A stretch of 64,000 nt of DNA from Dehalococcoidia bacterium (GCA_965197585.1 OZ240215.1:1600001-1664000); one strand, 5' to 3'; counted from the stretch's first letter, positions 42,893-52,665 are shown. Notes: generated from the sequence alone by a model not told the origin. Made by a program: numbers and translations.

Positions 42893-42976
42893 TGGCGGTA
42901 GTTTGATTGCCCGACAAGCGGATAGTATGATGGCCTCAATCGGCCCCACCCCACCCACACCGAAAGGAAGCGTCTC

Positions 42977-44134
42977 GTGACAAAAAATGGCTTCAAGGTC
43001 ATGGACAGCGATATGCACGTCAACGAGACTTGGGACGTGTGGCTCAACAACATCGATCCCGAGTACCGTGATCTCGCCCCCGTCGGGATAACCAAAGAGC
43101 AATTGGTCATGAACATGGCCATCCAGGGAAAGCCCATAGCTGGCTTTCTGGCTAACGCCGACATCCAAGTCCACGAGGAAGAATCAAACCGCCGCAAGGT
43201 AGAGGCCGAGCACGGGAACAAATACTTGAAGCTCGCCATAGAACGGGGCTTCGACCCCGTGTCCCAGCTCCACGCCATGGATACTGAGGGACTGGACTTG
43301 GCCATTATCTTCCCCACCCGCGGCATGTCAGTTGCCGGTGTCCCATATGAAGACGGCAAATACGCGGGCGCCGTGGCCCGCGCCTACAACGATTGGATCT
43401 CCGAGTTCTGCAGCCAGGACCCGGCCAAGATGCGCCCCGCCGCAATGATCCTGGCCGCCGACGTCGAGGAGGCAGTCATAGAGGTTCGCCGCACCCGCGA
43501 AGAGATGGGATTCCTATCCGCTTACCTGCACCCGAATCCCGTCCGAGGACGCAACTGGCACAACCCCGTCTACGACCCTCTATGGCAGCAGTGCCAGGAC
43601 CTCGATATGCCCATCACCTTCCACGAGACTTTCAAGTGCAGCCTCCCACAGGGCATCGCCGACCGCTTCTATAACGAGCCGGACAAGATCTGGACTATGG
43701 GCCACGTGGCCTGCCATCCCATCGAGCAGATGTACGCCTGCCTCTGCTTCTGCGCCGGCGGCATCCTGGATCGCTATTCTGACCTAAGAGTCGCCTTCCT
43801 GGAGTGCAACACCGGCTGGCTCCCATTCTGGCTCTGGCGCATGGACGAGCACTACGAGCACCGCATCGACCAGGCGTCTCGCTATCAGTCCATTCTCCCC
43901 AGCGAATGCTTCAAACGCCAGTGCTACCTCGCCATCGACCCCGACGAAGGCCCCGCCAAATATGCCGTCGACTGGATTGGCGACGATAATTTCGTATTCT
44001 CTACCGACTACCCCCACGCCGATGGCAAGTACCCTTTCGCCATCGACGAATTTCTGAAACTTCCCCTGACCGAAGAGTCCAAAAAAAAGGTCCTCTGGGA
44101 CAACTGCGCCAAACTGTACGGCATCGCCAACTAG
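42977..44134 (+). CDS. Amidohydrolase-2 family protein, paralog
   Basis: DSDMH, TFHE and FSTDYPH motifs. Confidence 0.9.
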   Translation: MTKNGFKVMDSDMHVNETWDVWLNNIDPEYRDLAPVGITKEQLVMNMAIQGKPIAGFLANADIQVHEEESNRRKVEAEHGNKYLKLAIERGFDPVSQLHAMDTEGLDLAIIFPTRGMSVAGVPYEDGKYAGAVARAYNDWISEFCSQDPAKMRPAAMILAADVEEAVIEVRRTREEMGFLSAYLHPNPVRGRNWHNPVYDPLWQQCQDLDMPITFHETFKCSLPQGIADRFYNEPDKIWTMGHVACHPIEQMYACLCFCAGGILDRYSDLRVAFLECNTGWLPFWLWRMDEHYEHRIDQASRYQSILPSECFKRQCYLAIDPDEGPAKYAVDWIGDDNFVFSTDYPHADGKYPFAIDEFLKLPLTEESKKKVLWDNCAKLYGIAN

Positions 44135-44173
44135 CAAGATGGAACATTCGCCGTAGGAGAAAGGAACCCCCCA

Positions 44174-45331
44174 ATGGCAAAAAACGGCTTTAAAATCATG
44201 GACAGTGACATGCACACCCACGAGCCTTGGGACCTCTGGCTCAACTATATCGACCCCGCCTTCAAGGACCGCGCCCCCATCGGCACCAGCAAAGACCCCG
44301 TCGACATGAACACCACCATCGAAGGGGACATACTCGGCGCTTTCCTCTCCAACCAGAAACACCTCGATCATGAGGAGGAGAAGGCCCGACTCAACATCTC
44401 CCACTCTCGCAGCAGCAAGCACATGCAGGAGGGCATAGACCGCGGCTTCGACCCCGTTTCCCAGGTCAACGCCATGGAGGTCGAGGGCCTTGACGTAGCC
44501 AACCTCTACCCCTCCCGAGGCATGGTTGTCGCGGGCGTGGACTACGAGGACGAGCCCTTCGCCGACGCCATCGCCAAGGGTTACAACAACTGGCTCGCCG
44601 ACTTCTGCTCCGAGAGCCCGGCCCGCCTTAAAGGTGTGGCAATGATCTTGTGTTCCAATATCGACAACGCCGTCGCCGAGGTCCGCCGCACCCGAGAAGA
44701 GCTCGATTTCGTCGGTATCTATCTTCACCCGAACCCCATCCGAGGCCGCAACTGGCATAGCAACGAATACGACCGCCTGTGGGCCGTCTGCCAGGAGCTC
44801 GACATGGCCGTCACCTTCCACGAGACTTTCAAGTGCAACCTCCCCCAGGCCATCGCCGACCGCTTCTATGACGAACCAGACAGGATATGGACAATGGGCC
44901 ATGTCGCATGCCATCCCATTGAGCAGATGTACGCCGCGCTCTGCATGTGCGCCGGCGGCATCCTGGAGAAGTTCCCCGGTATCAGGGTCGCCCACCTGGA
45001 GTGCAACTCCAGCTGGCTCCCCTTCTGGCTCTGGCGTATGGATGAGCACCACGAGCACCGGGAAGAGCAGGCCTCGAAGTATCTGAACATGCTCCCCAGC
45101 GAGTACTTCAAGCGCCAGTGCTTCGCCGTAATCGATCCCGACGAAGAGCCCTCCAAGTACGCCATCGACTGGGTCGGCGAAGACAATTTCGTATTCTCCA
45201 CCGACTACCCCCACCCCGACTCCATATACCCCTTCGCCACCGACAGTTTCCTTAAACTCCCCCTCAGCGAAGAAGCTAAGAAAAAAGTAATGTGGGACAA
45301 CTGCACCCGCCTCTACTCCCTCTCCGTATGA
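44174..45331 (+). CDS. Amidohydrolase-2 family protein, tandem paralog
   Basis: DSDMH, TFHE and FSTDYPH motifs; highly similar to the upstream gene. Confidence 0.9.
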   Translation: MAKNGFKIMDSDMHTHEPWDLWLNYIDPAFKDRAPIGTSKDPVDMNTTIEGDILGAFLSNQKHLDHEEEKARLNISHSRSSKHMQEGIDRGFDPVSQVNAMEVEGLDVANLYPSRGMVVAGVDYEDEPFADAIAKGYNNWLADFCSESPARLKGVAMILCSNIDNAVAEVRRTREELDFVGIYLHPNPIRGRNWHSNEYDRLWAVCQELDMAVTFHETFKCNLPQAIADRFYDEPDRIWTMGHVACHPIEQMYAALCMCAGGILEKFPGIRVAHLECNSSWLPFWLWRMDEHHEHREEQASKYLNMLPSEYFKRQCFAVIDPDEEPSKYAIDWVGEDNFVFSTDYPHPDSIYPFATDSFLKLPLSEEAKKKVMWDNCTRLYSLSV

Positions 45332-45384
45332 CTCGACTTCGTCAAACTTACAAACTTATCCTTCGAGGACACCCTCACGTAACC

Positions 45385-45465
45385 GTCATTCCGAGGCTCC
45401 GCGAGGAATCTGGGGCGGGGTCCCGTCCCCTCTCCCTTGACGGGAGAGGGCTAGGGTGAGGGTGA
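45385..45465 (+). repeat. 27-bp repeat A, copy 5 (45385-45411), followed by an intact palindromic repeat C (45427-45465)
   Basis: GTCATTCCGAGGCTCCGCGAGGAATCT; CCCCTCTCCC-TTGAC-GGGAGAGGG-CTAGGGTGAGGGTGA. Confidence 0.85.
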
Positions 45466-45493
45466 ATCTACTCAAACCAAAAAGGAGCCCAAA

Positions 45494-46666
45494 TTGGCAC
45501 ACAAAGCAGACGTAGTAGTCATCGGTGGCGGCATCGTAGGCACCGCCTGCGCCTACTTCCTTACCGAGGCCGGAGCCAAAGTCATCATCCTTGAGCGCGA
45601 CGCCCTGGGCAGTGGAGCCTCGGGCCACGGGGCCGGAGCCTTCGGCGTCCCCCTCCACTGGATCGAGCCCCCATTCCACGCCGACTTCATGCGCCGTGCC
45701 GTCCGCTTCCTTAAATACGTCGTACCCGACGTCGCCGAGCAAGCCGGTATCGACATTTTGATGAGAGAGATGCCCTGGATGGAAATTGCACGTAGCCAGC
45801 CCACCTGGGACTACATGCTCGAATGGGGCCCGACCTCCGGCCAAGTCATGCTCACTCCGGAGGATATCCGGCGCATAGAGCCCCGTCTCTCCGGTCCCAT
45901 CCTCGGCGGAATGATGGATGAAGCAGCCGGCCAGTTGGACGCCTACAGGACCACCCTCGCCTACGCCAAAGCCGCCGAGAACCGCGGCGCTGAAGTCGTG
46001 ATCGGCGAAGCTACTGGCCTTAGGCAAAGCGGGGGCAAAATCACCGGCGTCGAGTCATCCGTCGGTACCATAGAGTGCGACGGAGCAGTCCTGGCAATGG
46101 GTGCCTGGACTGGCGTGGCCAAAGAATGGACTGAGTTCCCCCTGGAGATCAGTGCAATGAAGGGTGAAATCCTCACCCTCCGCAAGCCTGATGAGGACTA
46201 CTGGCCCTACTGGGTCGCCAGCTACGAGACCTCCGACAACGGCGAAGAGCTGCCCATCTACCTCCATCGCCGAGCCAACGGCCTCATCTACGCAGGCACC
46301 ACCGCCGAGCCAGACATATTCGACAACATCCCTACCGCCGCCGCCCGTCAGGGCATCCTCGAACGCGCCTCCCGCATGATGCCCTTCATAGAAGACGCAG
46401 AGCTCGTCGAGCACCTCGCTGGCCCTAGGCCCAATCCCGCAGACGGCATCACCGTCCTCGGGGGAGTTCCCGGCTGGGAAGGCCTGTTCACCGCCGTTAC
46501 CTTGCCCGGCATCCTATGCAGTGCCTACCTGGGCAAGATCATTGCAGACCTCGTCTTCGACAGACCCCTCCCCACCGACATCGACAAGCTCAAGCCGGAT
46601 AGATTCACCAAACCCCTAACCACCCAATACGGCTACCACAAACTCGTCGCCGACAGAGGCATCTAA
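45494..46666 (+). CDS. FAD-dependent oxidoreductase (DadA/glycine oxidase family)
   Basis: VIGGGIVG, GASGHGAG, LAMGAW and AGPRP motifs. Confidence 0.88.
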   Translation: MAHKADVVVIGGGIVGTACAYFLTEAGAKVIILERDALGSGASGHGAGAFGVPLHWIEPPFHADFMRRAVRFLKYVVPDVAEQAGIDILMREMPWMEIARSQPTWDYMLEWGPTSGQVMLTPEDIRRIEPRLSGPILGGMMDEAAGQLDAYRTTLAYAKAAENRGAEVVIGEATGLRQSGGKITGVESSVGTIECDGAVLAMGAWTGVAKEWTEFPLEISAMKGEILTLRKPDEDYWPYWVASYETSDNGEELPIYLHRRANGLIYAGTTAEPDIFDNIPTAAARQGILERASRMMPFIEDAELVEHLAGPRPNPADGITVLGGVPGWEGLFTAVTLPGILCSAYLGKIIADLVFDRPLPTDIDKLKPDRFTKPLTTQYGYHKLVADRGI

Positions 46667-46686
46667 CCCCACATTCCCCCCTTTAT

Positions 46687-46838
46687 GTGACCTTTGCATA
46701 ACCCGTATCGGTGGGGCCGGGGCCGCTCGTGCTGTCGTAGATCCGCCGAGGCGGGAGATTCTCGAAGTATGAGCGAGGGCGGAGGTTAGGCTATCTGGAT
46801 GGAACGATAAATGCGAAGTGCAGTTACGCATGCGTCCC
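46687..46838 (+). mobile_element. MITE-like element B, copy 3 (with an extra internal hairpin)
   Basis: GTGACCTTTGCATAAC left end; degenerate right end GTTACGCATGCGTCCC. Confidence 0.7.
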
Positions 46839-46957
46839 TAAATGCACCGAAGCGTGAGAGGGCTAGAGCCTGCACTGGGTTACTGCGAGTCCGCCTCCGG
46901 CGGGCCTACGGGGTGAAGGTGTTTCCCCTCCTTGATTCCCCGTAGGGGCGATTCGCG

Positions 46958-48633
46958 GAGTCTGTTTCATAAGTTATAGGCATATGGAGTAGGCTATGGT
47001 GGACAAGGTAGACAGCGTCATAAGGAGGTGACTGGGGATGCCACATCGACCGATGAACCGGGAACAGGTATGGATGTTGCCGCCGAGTCTCGACGAGATG
47101 CTGGGGGCCGGTCATTCTGCTCGATTTGTTGCTGAGTTCGTCGATGCCTTGGATGGAGAGGGCTGGGCAGCGATTGGGATTGATAGAGACGGGGAGGCGA
47201 TGGGAGCGCCGGCCTACCATCCCCGTGCGCTGTTGGGTGTGTGGCTGTACGGCTTCATGACCGGTGTGCGATCGAGCCGCAAGCTGGAGGCGGCCTGCTG
47301 CGACCAGATACCGTACCTTTGGCTGACGGGCTGCCAGCGCCCGGACCACGTGAGGTTGTGGCGGTTTTACAGCTCGCATCGGGATGGTATGAGGAAGCTG
47401 CTCAAGCGGACGGTGCAGACGGCGGTTAATATGGACCTGGTGGAGATGGCGGTGCAGGCGGTGGACGGGACGAAGATTAGAGCGAATGCGGCAAAGGACC
47501 GGACCTACGACGCCGCTGGGTTGCGCCGTCTGTTGGGCCGTTTGGAAGGTGCGATAGACGAGTTGGAAGCGCAGAACGAGGCTGGGGAGGAGTCGGCTAT
47601 CGGCCATCTGCCGGAGAGGTTGCAAGACCGCAAGGCATTGCGTGAGCGGGTGCGTGAGACGGTGCACAGACTTGCCGATCGGGATGGGCAAAAGCAGATC
47701 AACCTGACCGATCAGGACGCCCGGATGATGAAGACGCGACAGGGTTATGCGGTGGCCTACAACGCCCAGGCGATGGTCTCTACGGTAGCAGCGGCTGAGG
47801 GTAAAGCGCCCGGCATGCTGATCACGGCAGTTGATGTGGTGAACGACATATCCGACAGACGGCAACTGGGTGCGATGATGGAGAAGGCTGAGGAGACGTT
47901 GGGACAAAGGACGGAGATGACGTTGGCGGATGCGGGCTATCACTCCGGGAACAATCTACAGGAGTGCGCCCTAAGAGGCCAACGGGTGGTGATGCCTGAG
48001 TCGCAGGACCGGGCGCTGCAGAGCCCGTATCACAAAGACCGTTTCACCTACGACGAGGCGAGCGACAGCTACCGTTGCCCCGAGGGCCGGTTGCTGCGCT
48101 TCACTCGCACCAAGCGCACTCGCAACACAGCAATGCGGCTCTACCGGGCATCAGGGGCCGTGTGCCGGGCCTGCCCGGCCTTCGGGGTCTGTACGAAAGA
48201 CAAGCGTCATGGGCGTGCCCTGGAGATCGGTTCCCACGACGCTGCGTTGCGTCGACACCGGGCCTGGATGTCCACCGAAGAAGCCAAGGGTGCGTATAAA
48301 CAGAGAATGCAACTGGTAGAACCGGTCTTCGGCATCATCAAGGAGCAACAGCAAGCCCACAGGTTCCTGTTGCGTGGCTTAACCAACGTCTCGGCTGAAT
48401 GGAGCCTGCTCGCCACAGCCTTCAACTTGCGCACCCTGTGGAGGATACGGCGAGCCGCAGCTGCCTGGACAAAGCATTGGGTAGCCGAGGGCGCATACTC
48501 GGCCTATCGGGCGCTTCAGACGGCAATCGTGGGCACACTCAGCCCCCTGCTTCGATTAATGCGGCTCCGCCATCAGCCAGCCCGACCAAGCCAACTCCCC
48601 ACGTCAAGCACAACCTACATCTGAAACAGACTC
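46958..48633 (+). mobile_element. IS1182-family insertion sequence, complete (1676 bp)
   Basis: Terminal IRs GAGTCTGTTTCATAAGT / GAGTCTGTTTCAGATGT (15 of 17 match); CGCG duplicated on both sides. Confidence 0.92.
47038..48624 (+). CDS. IS1182-family DDE transposase
   Basis: GAPAYHP..LL..WLYG, SSRKLE, VDGTKIRANA, TDQDARMM, YNAQ, LADAGY and VEPVFG motifs. Confidence 0.95.
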   Translation: MPHRPMNREQVWMLPPSLDEMLGAGHSARFVAEFVDALDGEGWAAIGIDRDGEAMGAPAYHPRALLGVWLYGFMTGVRSSRKLEAACCDQIPYLWLTGCQRPDHVRLWRFYSSHRDGMRKLLKRTVQTAVNMDLVEMAVQAVDGTKIRANAAKDRTYDAAGLRRLLGRLEGAIDELEAQNEAGEESAIGHLPERLQDRKALRERVRETVHRLADRDGQKQINLTDQDARMMKTRQGYAVAYNAQAMVSTVAAAEGKAPGMLITAVDVVNDISDRRQLGAMMEKAEETLGQRTEMTLADAGYHSGNNLQECALRGQRVVMPESQDRALQSPYHKDRFTYDEASDSYRCPEGRLLRFTRTKRTRNTAMRLYRASGAVCRACPAFGVCTKDKRHGRALEIGSHDAALRRHRAWMSTEEAKGAYKQRMQLVEPVFGIIKEQQQAHRFLLRGLTNVSAEWSLLATAFNLRTLWRIRRAAAAWTKHWVAEGAYSAYRALQTAIVGTLSPLLRLMRLRHQPARPSQLPTSSTTYI

Positions 48634-48662
48634 CGCGAACCGCCCTCCCCGTCCTGAAGTCA

Positions 48663-48770
48663 CTAATTTGATCGCCAGTCCATGTAACCGGCAACCCACC
48701 GCGCCGTTTGCTTATCCAGCTTTCGCAGTTGGGGTCTCGCAGTCACGGTTAATTCATTCGTCTAGGCCAA
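48663..48770 (-). pseudogene. RelE/ParE-like toxin remnant
   Basis: Hand translation: M(TTG)A*TNELTVTARPQLRKLDKQTARWVAGYMDWRSN*. It resembles RelE N-termini (MAWxIE...QLRKLDK..ARRI), with Trp3 changed to TAG and the gene truncated; it overlaps the antitoxin end. Confidence 0.65.
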
Positions 48771-48981
48771 GATCTTCCCTGACCTCGGCGGCGGAATACA
48801 CCCGTACCTGACCCTTGCGTACGCGCTCTAGTACGTCCGCTGCTAGATAGTAATCTTCGAGATCATCGAGCCCGCGCTCAATGATCTCCCGTAGATAGAA
48901 AGCCTTAGTGCGTCCCGTTTGGGAAACCAGAAAGGCTAAGCGCTCCTCTATTTCAGTAGACAATCGAATTGACGTAGCCAC
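48754..48981 (-). CDS. RHH (RelB/CopG-like) antitoxin
   Basis: ATSIRL..EIEERL..L...TGRTKAFYLREII...LEDYYLA. Confidence 0.85.
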   Translation of the reverse strand: MATSIRLSTEIEERLAFLVSQTGRTKAFYLREIIERGLDDLEDYYLAADVLERVRKGQVRVYSAAEVREDLGLDE

Positions 48982-49042
48982 AAACCGTCTCCCAGGGCGC
49001 GATAGGTGTATTCATTGAATCACACCCAAATATGTGCACCCC

Positions 49043-50059
49043 CTACTCCCCACCCACAATAATCTTCGACAAACTATCACCCTCCACGTTGGCGACCCAC
49101 ACGTTCTTCCCGTCGAAGGCCAAAGAAACGGGCCCCTTGCCCACATCGAACCTCCCCAGGCGTAGCCCCGTCAGCGACAACCTCATCACGTTGTTGCTGC
49201 CTGCGTTGGCCACCCACACCGTCTCTCCATCGAACAGGATGTCCACGGGCCCGTTCCCGACCTTGAACTCTCCCAACCGTGTCCCGTCCAGGGCCAACCT
49301 CGTCACCGAATCTGCCATATCATCTTCCAGAGGGCCGCTGTTCGCGATCCACATGCTGCCCCCATCGAAGGCCAGGGCTATCGGCCGAATCCCAACCTCG
49401 TACTCTGCCACTACCCGACCATCCCCATCCAGCTTCTGGACCGTGTTTCCTTCCGAGGTCGGCGACCCCAAGATTGTCACCCAAACATGCTCCCCATCAA
49501 ACGCCAGCCCCGAGGGCCCGTCCCCCACCCCGAACGTCCCCAATATCGCCCCCTCTTTAGATATCTTTGTTGCCGAGTCTTCAGTCGGGTTGACGACCCA
49601 TAAGTTCTCCCCATCAAACGTCATCGCAAATGGGGAATTGCCTGCTTCATATACCCCCAGTTCGGCCCCTTCCCCCGACAGCCTCACCACCCTGCTTCCC
49701 GGTTCAGTCGGGATCCCCAGCTCGGCTACCCACACATCCTCGCCGTCGAAAAGGATTGTTCCGGGAGTCCTCCCAATATCAAAGCTGCCCATCTCCGTCC
49801 CATCTAGCCCAAACCGCAGCACCTCCGTGTTCAATGTATCCAGCCTCCCGACGCTCGACACCCAAATACTCTCACCATCCGACTCCAGATGCGTCGGCGC
49901 AATCAAGCCCAGGTCGAACTTCTCAACCCTCGGTGGTATGTCCCCGGATTCGACTATCGGTATTGGCGTCGGCGTTGCATATGCCCCACCGCAGCCCAAC
50001 CCCACCAAGATAGTTATTAAAGCCAACGTTGCGAATGCCAAATATCTTCTAACTTTCAT
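49043..50059 (-). CDS. Putative lipoprotein with tandem beta-propeller-type repeats
   Basis: Signal ending LGC; about six GxxPxx(L/M)xFDGxx(V/L)WV(A)N repeats. Confidence 0.8.
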   Translation of the reverse strand: MKVRRYLAFATLALITILVGLGCGGAYATPTPIPIVESGDIPPRVEKFDLGLIAPTHLESDGESIWVSSVGRLDTLNTEVLRFGLDGTEMGSFDIGRTPGTILFDGEDVWVAELGIPTEPGSRVVRLSGEGAELGVYEAGNSPFAMTFDGENLWVVNPTEDSATKISKEGAILGTFGVGDGPSGLAFDGEHVWVTILGSPTSEGNTVQKLDGDGRVVAEYEVGIRPIALAFDGGSMWIANSGPLEDDMADSVTRLALDGTRLGEFKVGNGPVDILFDGETVWVANAGSNNVMRLSLTGLRLGRFDVGKGPVSLAFDGKNVWVANVEGDSLSKIIVGGE

Positions 50060-50205
50060 ATATGTTGAAGAGCCCCTTATCGGTTTGTAATTTTAGCCCC
50101 CATACTCTATACGCTCGCGCCTCGGGTTGAACAGGTGACCGGGAAGCCCTGGACCCGTGCAATGCTATACTTTCTCTACGAAAATCCGAATGCAGGCAAG
50201 GCGAA

Positions 50206-51432
50206 ATGGCACAAAATGAGTCCTACGTAATTGTTGGAGCGGGTATAGCCGGGGGCACGGCCGCCGAGACCCTCCGAAAACAGGGTTTCGACGGTGAAGT
50301 CCACCTTGTGGGTGCTGAGCCCCACCGGCCCTATGACAGACCACCCCTCTCCAAAGAGTTCCTGAGCGGCGCCAAAGAGGAATCCAAGCTCTTTTTCAAG
50401 ACAGAGGATTTCTACGCTGAACAGTCCATAGAACTACACCTCGGCGCCGAGGCCGCCTCTCTCGATCCATCCTCTCACACCGTGACCCTATCCAACGGCG
50501 AGTCTCTCCACTACGACAAGCTTCTCCTTGCCACGGGGTCGCAGGTCAAAAGGCTGCCCATCTCCGGTTCAAACCTCGACGGCGTCCACTATCTACGCAA
50601 CATTGAGGACTCCAAGGCCATCGCCCAGTCCATGAAAGACGCTGGTAGAGTGGTGGTAGTCGGGGCCGGGTTCATAGGCTCCGAGGTTGCCGCAGTCTGC
50701 AAGACCGCCGGCCTCGAAGTCACCGTCCTTGAAATCCAGCCTCAGCCCATGGCCCACATCCTCGGAGCCGATATGGGCGCAATCTACGCCAACCTCCACA
50801 CGAGCCGGGGCATCGACCTCCGGCTCGGCGAAGGCATCTCCGAAATCCGAGGCCAGTCCCGCGCCCAGCAGGTCATTACAGACAAAGGCAACGCCATCGA
50901 CTGCGATCTCGTAGTCATAGGCGTAGGCATCGCCCCCGACACCTCCCTCGCTGTGACTGCCGGCCTTGATGTCGAAGCGGGCATTCTCATCGACGAGCAC
51001 TGCCGCACCTCCGACCCCAACATATTCGCAGCTGGGGACGTGGCTAACTGGTTCCACCCCGGCCTCGGCCATCGGATCCGTGTCGAGCATTGGGACAATG
51101 CCCTTAATCAGGGCGCTGCAGCGGCAAAGTCCATGCTCGGCAACCCCGAGGCCTACGCCCCAGTCCTCTACTTCTGGTCCGACCAGTACGACCTCAATAT
51201 TCAGTACTTGGGCCACGCCACCGAGTGGGACGACATCGCCGTCCGAGGCGACCCTGCGGAGGAGAAGTTCTCAGCCTTCTACCTGAAAGACGGCTCGGTC
51301 CACGGAGCCCTCATCGTCAACAACTTCCGCGACATCAGGCCCACCCGCACCCTCATCGGCCAGAAAACCCCCGTCGACGCCAACTCCCTCTCCGACACAT
51401 CCACCAACCTCAAACAGCTAGCCCGCGGCTAG
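50206..51432 (+). CDS. Ferredoxin-NAD(+) reductase-type flavoprotein
   Basis: VGAGIAG, PYDRPPLSK, GAGFIGSE, FAAGDVA, RVEHW and FWSDQY motifs. Confidence 0.93.
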   Translation: MAQNESYVIVGAGIAGGTAAETLRKQGFDGEVHLVGAEPHRPYDRPPLSKEFLSGAKEESKLFFKTEDFYAEQSIELHLGAEAASLDPSSHTVTLSNGESLHYDKLLLATGSQVKRLPISGSNLDGVHYLRNIEDSKAIAQSMKDAGRVVVVGAGFIGSEVAAVCKTAGLEVTVLEIQPQPMAHILGADMGAIYANLHTSRGIDLRLGEGISEIRGQSRAQQVITDKGNAIDCDLVVIGVGIAPDTSLAVTAGLDVEAGILIDEHCRTSDPNIFAAGDVANWFHPGLGHRIRVEHWDNALNQGAAAAKSMLGNPEAYAPVLYFWSDQYDLNIQYLGHATEWDDIAVRGDPAEEKFSAFYLKDGSVHGALIVNNFRDIRPTRTLIGQKTPVDANSLSDTSTNLKQLARG

Positions 51433-51481
51433 AGTCGCCAAAGTGGGATAAGCGACGGATTCCACTCCCCTATCCTTCGAT

Positions 51482-51612
51482 GAGACCTTTGCACAACCTC
51501 TCGCGGTGGGGCCGGGGCCGCTCGTGCTGAGGCTCTCGAAGTATGAGCGGGGGGAGAGGTCATGTGATCTGGACAGTACAGCAGAGGCAATCTGTAGTTG
51601 TGCAAGAGTCTC
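51482..51612 (+). mobile_element. MITE-like element B, complete copy 4 (131 bp)
   Basis: TIRs GAGACCTTTGCACAAC / GTTGTGCAAGAGTCTC; TCGAT repeated directly on both flanks; lies within a repeat-C palindrome. Confidence 0.8.
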
Positions 51613-51740
51613 TCGATAGGTCGAGGATGCGCCGAGGCGTTAGAGGGCTAGGGCCGTAGGCTCGCTGAGGAGAGTGAGGGTGAACTCAGAGGTCTAATGG
51701 CCTGGCAATCAATCAGACAGTGCTCACCTGGCAGCCGACC

Positions 51741-52661
51741 TCACCCAAAAATAACCGCCCCACCCAACCCCGCTGCATACATCATCCCCGACTGACCATG
51801 CAGCTTGGCCGTCTTCACCAACCCCATGCTCATCTCCCGCCGGTCTTTCCCCGTCAGCACCCTTCTCGCCGCCAGGAACGCCCAAAGTAGCGACGCCAGC
51901 CCTACCAGCCCCCATATCGAGACCACCCCCGTCACCGCGATTATCACCAGACCGCCGTAGGAAGCCAGCAGAAACCCGACATATATAACCCTTCCCGCCC
52001 CCGGCCCCAGCATCGTCACGAACGTCCTCTTGCCATTCTCCCTGTCCTCGTTCACATCCCTCAGGTTATTGCAGTGCAGAATGGCCGTTACGAGGAAGGC
52101 CACCGGCATCGACCCCCAGAAGGGCGCCCAAGCCAACTCTTGAGTTTGCACGTAGTATGCCGCCACCACCATCAAAGGCCCCATGAAGAAGAAAACCGTC
52201 GCCTCCCCGACTCCCGTGTCCCCCAACGGCTTCGGGCCCGCGCTATATAGCACCGCCACCAAAACGCTCCCCAATCCCACCGCCAGTATCGGCCAGCCGA
52301 CCTCCGTCACTATGTACAACCCCATCCCTATCCCAACCGCAAACGTTGCTATACACCCGATAAGTACCTCCCGCTCCGTAAGCAGCCCCCGAGCCAGCAC
52401 TCTGTGCGGTGCTGGAAACTTCGCTTGCCCGCCCTCCCGACGATGGTCCGCGTACTCATCCGTCAAATTGGTGCCGATCTGTATCGCCAACGACCCGACC
52501 AGCGCAAAAGCAAACAGCAGCCAGTCGAGGCTCACCCGCTCCGCTGCAATCGCGCTTCCCACCAGCACCGGCACCACCGCCGCACTCAGCGAAAACGGCC
52601 TCGATGCCCAGAACCACGCCCGACCGTAGTTCACAGTTCGATTCATCATTACGTTCACCAA
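51741..52661 (-). CDS. menA: 1,4-dihydroxy-2-naphthoate prenyltransferase
   Basis: RPFSL, NLTDEYAD, YSAGP and NNLRDVNEDRENGKRT motifs; position in the men cluster. Confidence 0.9.
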   Translation of the reverse strand: MVNVMMNRTVNYGRAWFWASRPFSLSAAVVPVLVGSAIAAERVSLDWLLFAFALVGSLAIQIGTNLTDEYADHRREGGQAKFPAPHRVLARGLLTEREVLIGCIATFAVGIGMGLYIVTEVGWPILAVGLGSVLVAVLYSAGPKPLGDTGVGEATVFFFMGPLMVVAAYYVQTQELAWAPFWGSMPVAFLVTAILHCNNLRDVNEDRENGKRTFVTMLGPGAGRVIYVGFLLASYGGLVIIAVTGVVSIWGLVGLASLLWAFLAARRVLTGKDRREMSMGLVKTAKLHGQSGMMYAAGLGGAVIFG

Positions 52662-52665
52662 CCAG

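Noticed and set aside
9750-45411. CRISPR array from the 27-bp repeats
   Set aside because: The copies are kilobases apart, with no spacer periodicity and no cas genes.
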